64,000 nucleotides of DNA. Origin: a bacterium CG_4_9_14_3_um_filter_65_15 (GTDB taxonomy: Bacteria; Krumholzibacteriota; Krumholzibacteriia; LZORAL124-64-63). The notes under the pieces are model-generated. The model made no database searches. It was not told the origin of the DNA and was given only the letters and a program-made list of their open reading frames with translations. This document shows positions 8,283-16,056 of this stretch, piece by piece. The translations under genes were made by a program, and so were the position numbers. Positions within the stretch are counted from its first letter, which is position 1; the number at the start of each line of letters is the position of its first letter. The stretch is taken from contig PFVX01000079.1 in the NCBI GenBank assembly GCA_002790835.1, positions 3,130-67,129 on the forward strand. The letters run 5' to 3'.

Positions 8283-10019
8283 ATGAAATCCCTTCACCCC
8301 GCAGTGTTGCTGCTGTTATTGGCCATTACCGCCACCGTGGCCGCAGGTGATGCCCCGGTGAACCGCCAGGTAAACCGGGAGTTGCACGAGGCGGCCAAAG
8401 GCGCGCCCCTGAATCTGGCTGACCTGGTCTTTGCCCTCAACCCCCGCTTGGGCCTGGGCTTTCCTTCCCAGAATGTGGACAACTACTACGTGTTCCCGCT
8501 GTGCGGCATGGGGCTGGTTCGCCTGACTTTGCTCTGGAGTAATTATGAGCCGTCCAGAGGGCAGTATGATTGGAGCGGGTTGGACAACAAGGTCCGGGTC
8601 CTGCAGGACCTCGGGATCGACATCTTCATGACGTTGCAGTCGGATGCCGATTGGGGCGTCGAACCATCGGATTTCCTGGCGGCCAACCACCCCCCCGCCG
8701 ACATGGCCGACTGGACCACATTCATGACGCACCTGGTGCAGCGCTACAACGGTGACGGCGTGGACGACTTGCCGGGCCTGCTCCGCCCGGTGCGCTATTA
8801 CCAGTTGGCCAACGAATGGCCTTCCCCGCAAAACATCCACGGCGGCTGGACCGGCACCATCGACCAGCTGATCGAATTCTTCAACGCTTCCTACGCTGCG
8901 GTCAAGGCCGCCGATCCCTCCGCCACGGTCGTCCTCGGCGGCATCCCTTCCATCGGGCTTGACGCCATGGTGCTCAACGCCGGGCAAGGTAACTACGTGG
9001 CCAGGCAATCGTACAACGAGACGGTCAAGGATTCCCTGACCGTCGCGATCGCCCAGGATCCCCGCATCGCCGAGGCGGTGGCCGTCCGAGAGCGCGTGCT
9101 GGCCGAAAGCCTTTACGACATGGTGGATCTTCACATGTACGGTCCGGTGGAATTCAACCAGTACCGGATCAGCCGCATCCGCCAGAACGTCGGTGACGTG
9201 CCCCTGGTCTCCTCCGAATGCGGCGGGCCGAATCTGGCCTACGATCCGGTCATCACCCCCGAAGAACACTTCCAGACCGCCATGGACATGAATCTCGACG
9301 CCCTGTCCCGAGGCCTGGTCTACACCATGTGGTTGTCCATGTTCGGACAGGAATACGTTCCCGGCATCGGCCCCACCTGGGGCAACTCCCAGCTTCAGCC
9401 CATCGACAAGAACCAGCAACCTACCGGGGGATTCTGGGCCTATCACCTGCTGGCGGCCATGTTGGACGGAATGGACAGCGTGGAAAAACCCGGCCCCGGC
9501 ATCTACATCATCCACCGGTATGACCAGCCCAACATCCATGTGGCCTGGCGGACGGACGCCAACACCACCTACCAGCTCCCGTCCACCGTCCATGCCCAGA
9601 AAATGATCGTGGTCACTTCTGCCCGGCTTGGCACGTACCAATTAGAACCCGTGCCTGCGAACGGGTTGTTGCAACTCACCGGTCCTTTGCCCATCGTGGT
9701 CAGCGAGATCCTTCCCGGAGGCGTCTCCGGAGATTCCGGCCCTCCGCACCCCACCGTGGCCCTCGGCCAGGTCTGCAACTTCCCCAACCCCTTCAACCCC
9801 GCCATGGAAATCCGATTCGTGCTGGGGGAGGACAGCCGGGTTCAGGTCGAAATATTCAACCTGAGGGGACAAAGGATCGCCACGTTGCTGGACAACGAGT
9901 TGCCGGCCGGACCCCACGGTGTTGTGTGGCACGCCGGGCAACAGCCATCGGGGACCTACTTCTACCGCATCACCGCGGCAGGAAACATCACAACCGGGCG
10001 CTGCGAGCTGGTGAAATGA
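8283..10019 (+). CDS. Secreted clan GH-A (TIM-barrel, GH5/GH42-like) glycoside hydrolase with a T9SS/Por-type C-terminal sorting domain
   Basis: Signal peptide MKSLHPAVLLLLLAITATVAA. W..YEPSRGQYDWSGLD, the ANEW acid/base-like motif and SSECGGP (nucleophile region) are present. The C-terminus CNFPNPFNPAMEIRFVL...YFYRI resembles the Por_Secre_tail / FlgD-Ig-like motif. An alternative start at 8274 is possible. Confidence 0.6.
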   Translation: MKSLHPAVLLLLLAITATVAAGDAPVNRQVNRELHEAAKGAPLNLADLVFALNPRLGLGFPSQNVDNYYVFPLCGMGLVRLTLLWSNYEPSRGQYDWSGLDNKVRVLQDLGIDIFMTLQSDADWGVEPSDFLAANHPPADMADWTTFMTHLVQRYNGDGVDDLPGLLRPVRYYQLANEWPSPQNIHGGWTGTIDQLIEFFNASYAAVKAADPSATVVLGGIPSIGLDAMVLNAGQGNYVARQSYNETVKDSLTVAIAQDPRIAEAVAVRERVLAESLYDMVDLHMYGPVEFNQYRISRIRQNVGDVPLVSSECGGPNLAYDPVITPEEHFQTAMDMNLDALSRGLVYTMWLSMFGQEYVPGIGPTWGNSQLQPIDKNQQPTGGFWAYHLLAAMLDGMDSVEKPGPGIYIIHRYDQPNIHVAWRTDANTTYQLPSTVHAQKMIVVTSARLGTYQLEPVPANGLLQLTGPLPIVVSEILPGGVSGDSGPPHPTVALGQVCNFPNPFNPAMEIRFVLGEDSRVQVEIFNLRGQRIATLLDNELPAGPHGVVWHAGQQPSGTYFYRITAAGNITTGRCELVK

Positions 10020-10160
10020 CCGGGATCAGCAGGTCAACCGCCAGAGTTTCGGCGGCCTTGATGCCGCCCGCATAGCCGGCACCTTCCCCGGCAGGATAGA
10101 GGCCCCTGGTGTTGACGCGCTGCAGGTCGGACTCGTTGCGGTTGATGCGCAGCGGCGACG
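9988..10160 (-). pseudogene. 3'-terminal remnant of a COG2509-type FAD-dependent dehydrogenase gene
   Basis: The minus-strand frame encodes ...RVNTRGLYPAGEGAGYAGGIKAAETLAVDLLIPVISPARSARL*, the conserved C-terminal GLYPAGEGAGYAGGI signature. The upstream portion of that frame (through the inverted repeat and gatD) is nonsense with no start. About 450 aa of the gene are missing. Confidence 0.5.
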
Positions 10161-10222
10161 AGGTGCGCGATTCCATCGCCGGAACTGGCAATCGGGGAAG
10201 ATCGAGTTCAACGATCCTGGTA

Positions 10223-10318
10223 CTGGAAGTAGGCCTCCGTCGGCCCTTTGCGAATAATCCGCAGCCGCGCAGCGGCGAGGACATTTCGCAAAGGGCCGAC
10301 GGAGGCCTACTTCCAGTG
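10223..10318. repeat. Perfect 33-bp inverted repeat (two arms separated by a 30-nt loop), predicted to form a long hairpin
   Basis: ACTGGAAGTAGGCCTCCGTCGGCCCTTTGCGAA ... TTCGCAAAGGGCCGACGGAGGCCTACTTCCAGT. The right arm overlaps the last codons and stop of gatD. Coordinates are +/-1. Confidence 0.9.
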
Positions 10319-11698
10319 GGAGGAGATGAACTCGTCCACCTCCGGAATCCCCCCCTGGAACACCAGGTACCCGTTATGGGGCTCCCGCTCGGTGGTCTCG
10401 CCGTTGACGGGGGAGAGCATGATGCGCTGGACCTCGTCATGGTCCCGGCTCTGGCCCAGGGCCCAGCCCAGCTTCACGTAGGCCACCTCCGGCAGCATGT
10501 TCGCCGCCGGGACCACGCCCAGTTCCATGATCTCCCGCCCGGTCTCGTACACGTACATCTGCACGTAGCCCCACAGGGTCTGGACCGTCATGTAGACGTG
10601 CACGCCGGCGTCGCGGGCGCGTTGCAGGGCCGGGTACAGGGGCTTGTTCACGTGGCCGAGGCCGGTGCCGGCGATGATGATGCCCTTGTATCCGTTGTCG
10701 ATCAGGGAGTCGATGATGTCGGGCTTCATGTTGGGGTAGTAGTAGACCAGGGACACCCGGTCGTCGAAGACGTCGATCAGGGTGACCTGGCCGTCGTCGC
10801 GCCGCCGGTTGTAGTCGGTGCGGAACGGCGTGACCCCGCTTCCGTCGATCTTGCCCAGGGGGATGTCGCTGAGGGTGCGGAAGGTCGAGCGATAGCTGGA
10901 GTGCATCTTGCGCACGCGGGTGCCCCGGTGCAGCAGGCCGTACTCGTCGCTGGTGGGCCCGAACATGCAGACCATGACCTCGGCGATGTCGCTGGTGGCG
11001 GCGGTGCGGGTGGCGTTGATGAGGTTGATGGCCGCGTCCGAACTGGGGCGGTCGCTGCTGCGCTGGCTGCCCACCATGACGATGGGCACCGAAGGATCCT
11101 GCACCATGAAGCTGAGCGCGGCTGCGGTGTGGTGCATGGTGTCGGTGCCGTGCCCGACCACGATGCCGGTCACGCCGCCGGCAATCTCCCGGGCGATGGC
11201 GCGTGCGGTGCCGATCCACTGCTCCGGACCCATGTTCTCGCTGAACACGCCGTACAGCTTCTCGGTCTCCATGTTGCAGATGTCCGCCAGCTCCGGCACC
11301 GAACCGTACAGCTCGCCGGGGCTGAAGGCGGGAATCACCGCACCGGTGCGGTAGTCGAGGCGGCTGGCGATGGTGCCGCCGGTGCCCAGCAGCTTGACCC
11401 GCGGCTTGCCGGGGTCCACAGGGAATGCCTTCTCGGGGATCTGGTAATTGGCGACCTTGCGGCCGAGCACGCTGATGGATTCGACGGTGTCGCAGCGGAC
11501 GCCGATGTTGTATCCGGTGTCCAGCTTCAACACGATGTGCAGTGCGTCGGCGGTTTCGCTGCGCGGCAGGATGAGCCCGGAAAAATCGCCGCGGTTCGTG
11601 TGCAGTGTGACCTGGCTCCAAACCGGGGCCTCTTCCCGCTGCAACAGATCCAGGGTGGGGATGCGGTAGCCTTTGAAGTCTGCGGCGGTTTGGCTCAC
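10307..11698 (-). CDS. gatD: Glu-tRNA(Gln) amidotransferase subunit D (archaeal type; N-terminal domain plus a type-I L-asparaginase domain)
   Basis: 463 aa with a GTG start overlapping the gatE stop. The asparaginase motifs VKLLGTGGTIAS and GIVVGHGTDTM are present. An N-terminal domain of about 100 aa precedes the asparaginase fold, as in GatD. It is adjacent to gatE. Confidence 0.8.
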   Translation of the reverse strand: MSQTAADFKGYRIPTLDLLQREEAPVWSQVTLHTNRGDFSGLILPRSETADALHIVLKLDTGYNIGVRCDTVESISVLGRKVANYQIPEKAFPVDPGKPRVKLLGTGGTIASRLDYRTGAVIPAFSPGELYGSVPELADICNMETEKLYGVFSENMGPEQWIGTARAIAREIAGGVTGIVVGHGTDTMHHTAAALSFMVQDPSVPIVMVGSQRSSDRPSSDAAINLINATRTAATSDIAEVMVCMFGPTSDEYGLLHRGTRVRKMHSSYRSTFRTLSDIPLGKIDGSGVTPFRTDYNRRRDDGQVTLIDVFDDRVSLVYYYPNMKPDIIDSLIDNGYKGIIIAGTGLGHVNKPLYPALQRARDAGVHVYMTVQTLWGYVQMYVYETGREIMELGVVPAANMLPEVAYVKLGWALGQSRDHDEVQRIMLSPVNGETTEREPHNGYLVFQGGIPEVDEFISSHWK

Positions 11699-13632
11699 GA
11701 CGTGCGCTCCCGGTTGCGGCCCTTGATCCAGCTGCGGACGGTGCGTCCGGGCACCCGCCCCAGCACACCCGGCATCACCCGGCCCATCAGGACCAGGTCA
11801 CGCTGCAGGGGGCTCTCAGGCAGTTCACCCGCGGGAATCGCCTGCAGAAGGTCTTCGACCGCGGCGCGGGCCTTTTCCCGGGGCCACGGCTCCAGCGGCT
11901 CGGATTCGGCGCTCCAGACACCCTCGGGAATCAGGTCTCCCGAGACCAGTTTGCGCACCGTATCGGCCCACCAGGGGCCGGCGGCGGCCGTCTGCAGGGG
12001 CCGCGGGCAGGATCGATCCAGCAGCAGGGAGGCGAGCTGGCTGGCGGTAAGGGCGGGGGTGTCGGACTCCTGCAGGATGGGCAGCAGGGCGGCGAAAAGA
12101 TCCCAGGCCCGGTGGCGACCGAGTCGGGCGGCCAGGTCGGGCCCCACGCCGGCCGTGCGGGCGATGTCTTCCCGCTTCCAGGGTGTCAGGGGAAGGCTGT
12201 CGTGGATATGTTCCAGCCGCTCGTCGCTCAGGCCGATGGGCGGCAGGTCGGTGTCCGGATACATGCGGTCGGCTCCCGGCAGCACCCGTTCGAAACCGTT
12301 GGTGCCGTCGTCCAGTGCCTGGCGGGTTTCCTCAGGCACGCCGACGAAGGCCTCACGGGCGCGAATGAGCACTTCGCTGACCGCGGTGGCGGCGTCCCGC
12401 TCGGAGCCCCAGACGAGGATGATGGGCACTTCGGGGCCGACGCGGCAGGTCTTGGCCACCCGCTCCCATTCACCGCTGCTGAGGGTGGGGACGTCCTGGG
12501 TGGACATCACCAGGTTGGGCAAGGTGTCCAGGCAGGCGATCACCCGGATGCGGTCGCTGAATTCCTTGAGAAAGCCCGTGCGGGGCTGGGTCTGCACCTG
12601 CAGCAATCCCTGGAAACCGGGCAGGGGCACGGCCATCACCGTGGCGCCCTTCTCCACGGCCTTGCCGATGAAGCGGCAGGCGGTGCCGCGCACGGCCGAG
12701 GTGACGTCGTTTCCGCCCTGGGGCAGGTATCCGGGTTTTGCGCCCCGATGTTCCAGTTCCCGGGCGATGGCCACGAGGGTGCGCTGACGCAGGGCCTCGT
12801 TGTGGGTCAACCGGGGGATGGCGCGCAGGCAGGGCACGCCCTTGATCTCGATGCGCGTGCCGCCGGTGACCGAGACGTTGACGTCCTGCCGGGCGGCGCC
12901 GCTGCCGGTGCGCACCAGACCGGTGGCCCGCACCAGGTGGCGCAGGACCTGGCCCACGGCCATCGCTTCGCGGGGGGTCGTCATGTCCGGGTCCGTCACC
13001 GACTCGATGAGCGGCATGCCCAGCCGGTCGGTGCGGTAGGTGCGCACGTGGCCCGCATCGGATACCTCACGGCAGGAATCCTCTTCGATGCTCAACTGGC
13101 GGATGTGGATCGACTTTTCGCCGCAGGGAATGTCGCCGTCGGTGCCGATGATGGCGGTGCGCTGGAATCCGGTGGGAATGCTGCCGTCCAGGTATTGCTT
13201 GCGGGTGATGTGGACCTCGCTGACCACGTTGCAACCCAAAAGCATGGTGATGGCGATGCTGATGTCCAGGGCCTGGTCGTCCATCTCGAAGGGCGGGGCG
13301 TCGTCCATCTCGTAGGTGCAGACGGTGTCCTTGTTCAGATGGTAGATGATGTCCTTGCGGGTCTTGAATTCCATCAGCGCCGTGCCGTCGTACTCGCCCA
13401 TTTCCGAGAGGGTGGGGCGCATGTGCCGCAGCACCTCGGCCTGGTGCTCGCCCTGGTTGTAAACCCCGGCGGGACACCGGCAGAAGAGCTTGCGGCGGGT
13501 CAGGAGCTGCTGGTGGATTTCCAGACCGCAGCGGAAGCCCAGATCGGCGTATTCGGCGTCCGATAGCGTCCCGAACAGGGGCAACGGGCCGCCTAGCCAG
13601 GAGTCGCTGAAGGCGGAGTGATCTCGTTCCAT
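11695..13632 (-). CDS. gatE: Glu-tRNA(Gln) amidotransferase subunit E (archaeal type, GatB-like)
   Basis: 645 aa from the ATG at 13632 (GGAAG ribosome-binding site). YADLGFRCGLEIHQQLLTRRKLFCRCP is the GatE/GatB cradle-domain signature. It also has an internal insertion domain and a C-terminal YqeY-like helical tail. Confidence 0.8.
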   Translation of the reverse strand: MERDHSAFSDSWLGGPLPLFGTLSDAEYADLGFRCGLEIHQQLLTRRKLFCRCPAGVYNQGEHQAEVLRHMRPTLSEMGEYDGTALMEFKTRKDIIYHLNKDTVCTYEMDDAPPFEMDDQALDISIAITMLLGCNVVSEVHITRKQYLDGSIPTGFQRTAIIGTDGDIPCGEKSIHIRQLSIEEDSCREVSDAGHVRTYRTDRLGMPLIESVTDPDMTTPREAMAVGQVLRHLVRATGLVRTGSGAARQDVNVSVTGGTRIEIKGVPCLRAIPRLTHNEALRQRTLVAIARELEHRGAKPGYLPQGGNDVTSAVRGTACRFIGKAVEKGATVMAVPLPGFQGLLQVQTQPRTGFLKEFSDRIRVIACLDTLPNLVMSTQDVPTLSSGEWERVAKTCRVGPEVPIILVWGSERDAATAVSEVLIRAREAFVGVPEETRQALDDGTNGFERVLPGADRMYPDTDLPPIGLSDERLEHIHDSLPLTPWKREDIARTAGVGPDLAARLGRHRAWDLFAALLPILQESDTPALTASQLASLLLDRSCPRPLQTAAAGPWWADTVRKLVSGDLIPEGVWSAESEPLEPWPREKARAAVEDLLQAIPAGELPESPLQRDLVLMGRVMPGVLGRVPGRTVRSWIKGRNRERTS

Positions 13633-13676
13633 GGTTACTTCCGCGCTCGGGTGGAGATGGCGTCCGGCCCAAGATA

Positions 13677-13692
13677 TTGACCCCGTGGTCAA
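13677..13692. promoter_or_regulatory. Candidate Rex operator (16-bp palindrome TTGACC-CCGT-GGTCAA) in the gatE / rex divergent region. A second partial TGTGAA half-site lies at about 13770-13790.
   Basis: Perfect 6-bp inverted arms with a 4-nt spacer, matching the TTGnnn-n4-nnnCAA architecture of Rex boxes. It lies 140 nt upstream of rex, next to a TTGACG-17-TATTCT promoter-like element (13732-13760). Confidence 0.4.
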
Positions 13693-13831
13693 AGCTCCAG
13701 GAATAGTTGGCTCTGCGGCGGAATTGCCATCTTGACGAGAGATTTCCCGTCGGATATTCTGAATGTGAATCTGGTAACATTCCCAGGCCCACTGCCAGGG
13801 CAATCTGTTTATACCTTAACGAGGTGATGTT

Positions 13832-14554
13832 GTGGTGCGTAAGAAGCGCAGAGGTTGCGATGTCCCCGAGGCGACCATTCATCGCCTTCCCCTGTACCTG
13901 GAGAAACTCAAGTTGTTGCAGGCCATCGGGGTGGAAGACGTCTCCAGCCGCCAGTTGGCCGAATCCCTGGATATCAAGGCGAGCCAGTTGCGGCACGATT
14001 TTCATTATTTCGGCGGCTTCAGCCGGCCCGGCCGGCCCTATCAAGTCGAAAAATTGGTGCCGGCCCTGGAACAGATCATCGGGATCGACGAACCGGTGCC
14101 GACCATCATCGTCGGAGCCGGCCACCTGGGCCAGGCCCTGGCCAATTATCAAAATCTGGGCCTGCAGGGTTTCCCCCTCCACGGCATTTTCGACGTCAAC
14201 CCGCGTCTGATCGGGCTGGAAATCCGCGGGCAGGCCATCCGGGACCTGGCGGATATGCCGGACATCGTCAAGCGTGACCACATCCTGATGGGGATCATCA
14301 CCGTGCCGGCGGCCAACGCCCAGCAGGTCGCCGACCGCATGGTCGAGGCCGGCATCGTGGGGATCTTCAACTTTGCGCCGACGGATCTGAAAGTGCCCGA
14401 AGGGGTTGTGGTGCGGAACGAGCGCATGGCCGTGGGCATCATGGCCCTGAGCTTCAAGGTCAAGTGCATCCTGGAATCCCGGTTGTCCGAGTCACCAGCG
14501 GATGAGGTCGGCGCCCCAGGTAAAACCACTGCCGAAGGCGAGGGTGACGACTAG
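13832..14554 (+). CDS. rex: Redox-sensing transcriptional repressor Rex
   Basis: The wHTH N-terminus IHRLPLYLEKLKLL...VSSRQLAESLDIKASQLRHDF and the Rossmann motif IIVGAGHLGQALANY are present. GTG start with a GAGGTGA ribosome-binding site. The 3' end overlaps the convergent fabH remnant. Confidence 0.85.
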   Translation: MVRKKRRGCDVPEATIHRLPLYLEKLKLLQAIGVEDVSSRQLAESLDIKASQLRHDFHYFGGFSRPGRPYQVEKLVPALEQIIGIDEPVPTIIVGAGHLGQALANYQNLGLQGFPLHGIFDVNPRLIGLEIRGQAIRDLADMPDIVKRDHILMGIITVPAANAQQVADRMVEAGIVGIFNFAPTDLKVPEGVVVRNERMAVGIMALSFKVKCILESRLSESPADEVGAPGKTTAEGEGDD

Positions 14555-15332
14555 GTTTCCCGGCTGGATGCGCCCGGCGGCGACCGCCTCGCTCAATGCG
14601 ATGGGGATGGTCGCCGCCGTCGTGTTTCCGTAGCGTTCGATGTTGCTGACCACCTTCTGCGCCGGCAGGCCCATGCGCGATCCCACAGCCTCGGTGATGC
14701 GCTGATTGGCCTGATGGGGCACCCGCAGATCCACCTCGTCGATGGTGTGCCCACCCCGTTCCAGGACCTCGTTGACGGCCTCGCAAAAACGCCGGGTGGC
14801 GTGCTTGAACACCAGCTCGCCGTCCATGGTGGGATAGTGCCGCCCCTGCTCGATCAGCCCCGGGGTGACGCGCTCCCGCACCACCGCGGTGGGAACTTCC
14901 AACCAGACGTCCTTGGCGAAGCGGCCCTGGCTGTGCAGGACCGAGGCCAGGACACCTCGGTCCTCCTCGGTGGCCTGAACGACCACGGCGCCGGCGGTCT
15001 TCAGCCCCAACAGTTCCTCGATGAAAACCCCGTTGCCGGGAAAGAAACAGTCGGGGTTCAAGGCGGCATAGATCACCAGGTCGATTTCCGACTTGTCGAT
15101 CCCCGCAGCGGCGATGGCGGCCGTGGCGGCGATGGCGGCCTTGGCCCCCAATTCGGCCCCCGATTCGGTGGACCAGCCGTTCTCATCGAGGGTGACCCCA
15201 CCGGCGTTCGCGGATCCCGCTGCGCTGGGAGATCCACTCGTCCGAGGTCTCCATCCATGGGGTCATCTCTTCGTTGGCGACGACACGCTCGGGAACATAG
15301 AATCCCGTCCCGGTGATGGCCGCTCTGGTCAT
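14492..15332 (-). pseudogene. fabH: fabH (3-oxoacyl-ACP synthase III) pseudogene with a frameshift and an internal deletion
   Basis: The N-terminal frame [44 protein letters not shown] then shifts by +1 in the G-run near 15196-15199. The downstream frame continues ...ENGWSTESGAELGAKAAIAATAAIAAAGIDKSEIDLVIYA...HQANQRI...GNTTAATIP...GSGFTWGADLIRW. Compared with E. coli FabH, about 58 aa spanning the catalytic Cys112 region (CPAFDVAAACAGF...IIFGDG) are missing at about nt 14995. Confidence 0.75.
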
Positions 15333-15348
15333 GGTCACGCCCCCGTGC

Positions 15349-16056
15349 TCAACGATGGACGGCGATGGCGCCTCGTAACTGCTTGCCGTGGGCCTGGATG
15401 AAGGCCTGGGCGGCGCCACGGTCGGGGAAGTATCCGATGCGGACCCGGTAGATCATGGCGCCATCGGCTGTGCTGCTGACCTTGACCCGGGCATCCCAAT
15501 CGAATTTCTGGAGCCGCAGGGCCTCACGGTCCGCGTTGGCCGCGTCGCCGTAGGAACCGGTCTGCACCAGATAGGGTCCGCTGGCCTCCGGTTGCACCTC
15601 GGGCAGGGGCTTGGTGGCGGGCTTCTCCCGGGCCGGCTCGGGGGCGGGCGGTGTGGTCCGGGGTGACGGCGTGGTCGCCGGGGCTGTTTCCTGCTGACCG
15701 CCGGAGGGTTTTTCCGGGGTCAGCTCCTGGGCGATGTGCTGCATCTCCACCTGACCCGAGCGGGGTTGGGCGGGGTGGTCGGCGTCGGTGTCCAGCGTGT
15801 CGGCGATGCCCAGATCCACTGCCAGGGAATCGAGGTCGTCGGCAGGGACGGTGATCACCGAGCGGTTCTCGCCGATTCCGGTGGGGCGGCCACCTCCCGG
15901 CTGTCGAAACAGCAGGAAGGCCGCCACCATGGCGACGAACAAGGCGAGCCAGATCGCGCGGGGGGTACCGCGCCGCTGATTGCGTCCGGCGGAGGGGCGG
16001 TGCCCTGTCTGAAGCAGCTGATCATCCTTGCGCGCCATGGGGTCCTTCCTGGCCAA
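15349..16056 (-). CDS. SPOR-domain protein (membrane-anchored, Pro/Thr-rich linker, C-terminal peptidoglycan-binding SPOR domain)
   Basis: One transmembrane helix ([17 protein letters not shown]) and a C-terminus [24 protein letters not shown]...[10 protein letters not shown]. An alternative start at 16038 is possible. Confidence 0.7.
   Translation of the reverse strand: MARKDPMARKDDQLLQTGHRPSAGRNQRRGTPRAIWLALFVAMVAAFLLFRQPGGGRPTGIGENRSVITVPADDLDSLAVDLGIADTLDTDADHPAQPRSGQVEMQHIAQELTPEKPSGGQQETAPATTPSPRTTPPAPEPAREKPATKPLPEVQPEASGPYLVQTGSYGDAANADREALRLQKFDWDARVKVSSTADGAMIYRVRIGYFPDRGAAQAFIQAHGKQLRGAIAVHR

Noticed and set aside
10109-12787. 892-aa plus-strand ORF
   Set aside because: It is antisense to gatD/gatE. 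The translation is low-complexity (Ala/Gly/Arg/Val-rich) and typical of spurious long ORFs in high-GC DNA. The opposite strand carries clear GatD/GatE motifs.
12112-14281. Plus- and minus-strand ORFs of 400-480 aa overlapping gatE and rex
   Set aside because: They are His/Gly/Ala-rich with no domains. They are antisense of well-supported genes.
16021-16056. Apparent tandem [11 protein letters not shown] at the SPOR gene N-terminus
   Set aside because: The two copies differ at the nucleotide level (atggccaggaaggac versus atggcgcgcaaggat). It is probably a coincidental short similarity. It only creates start-site ambiguity.
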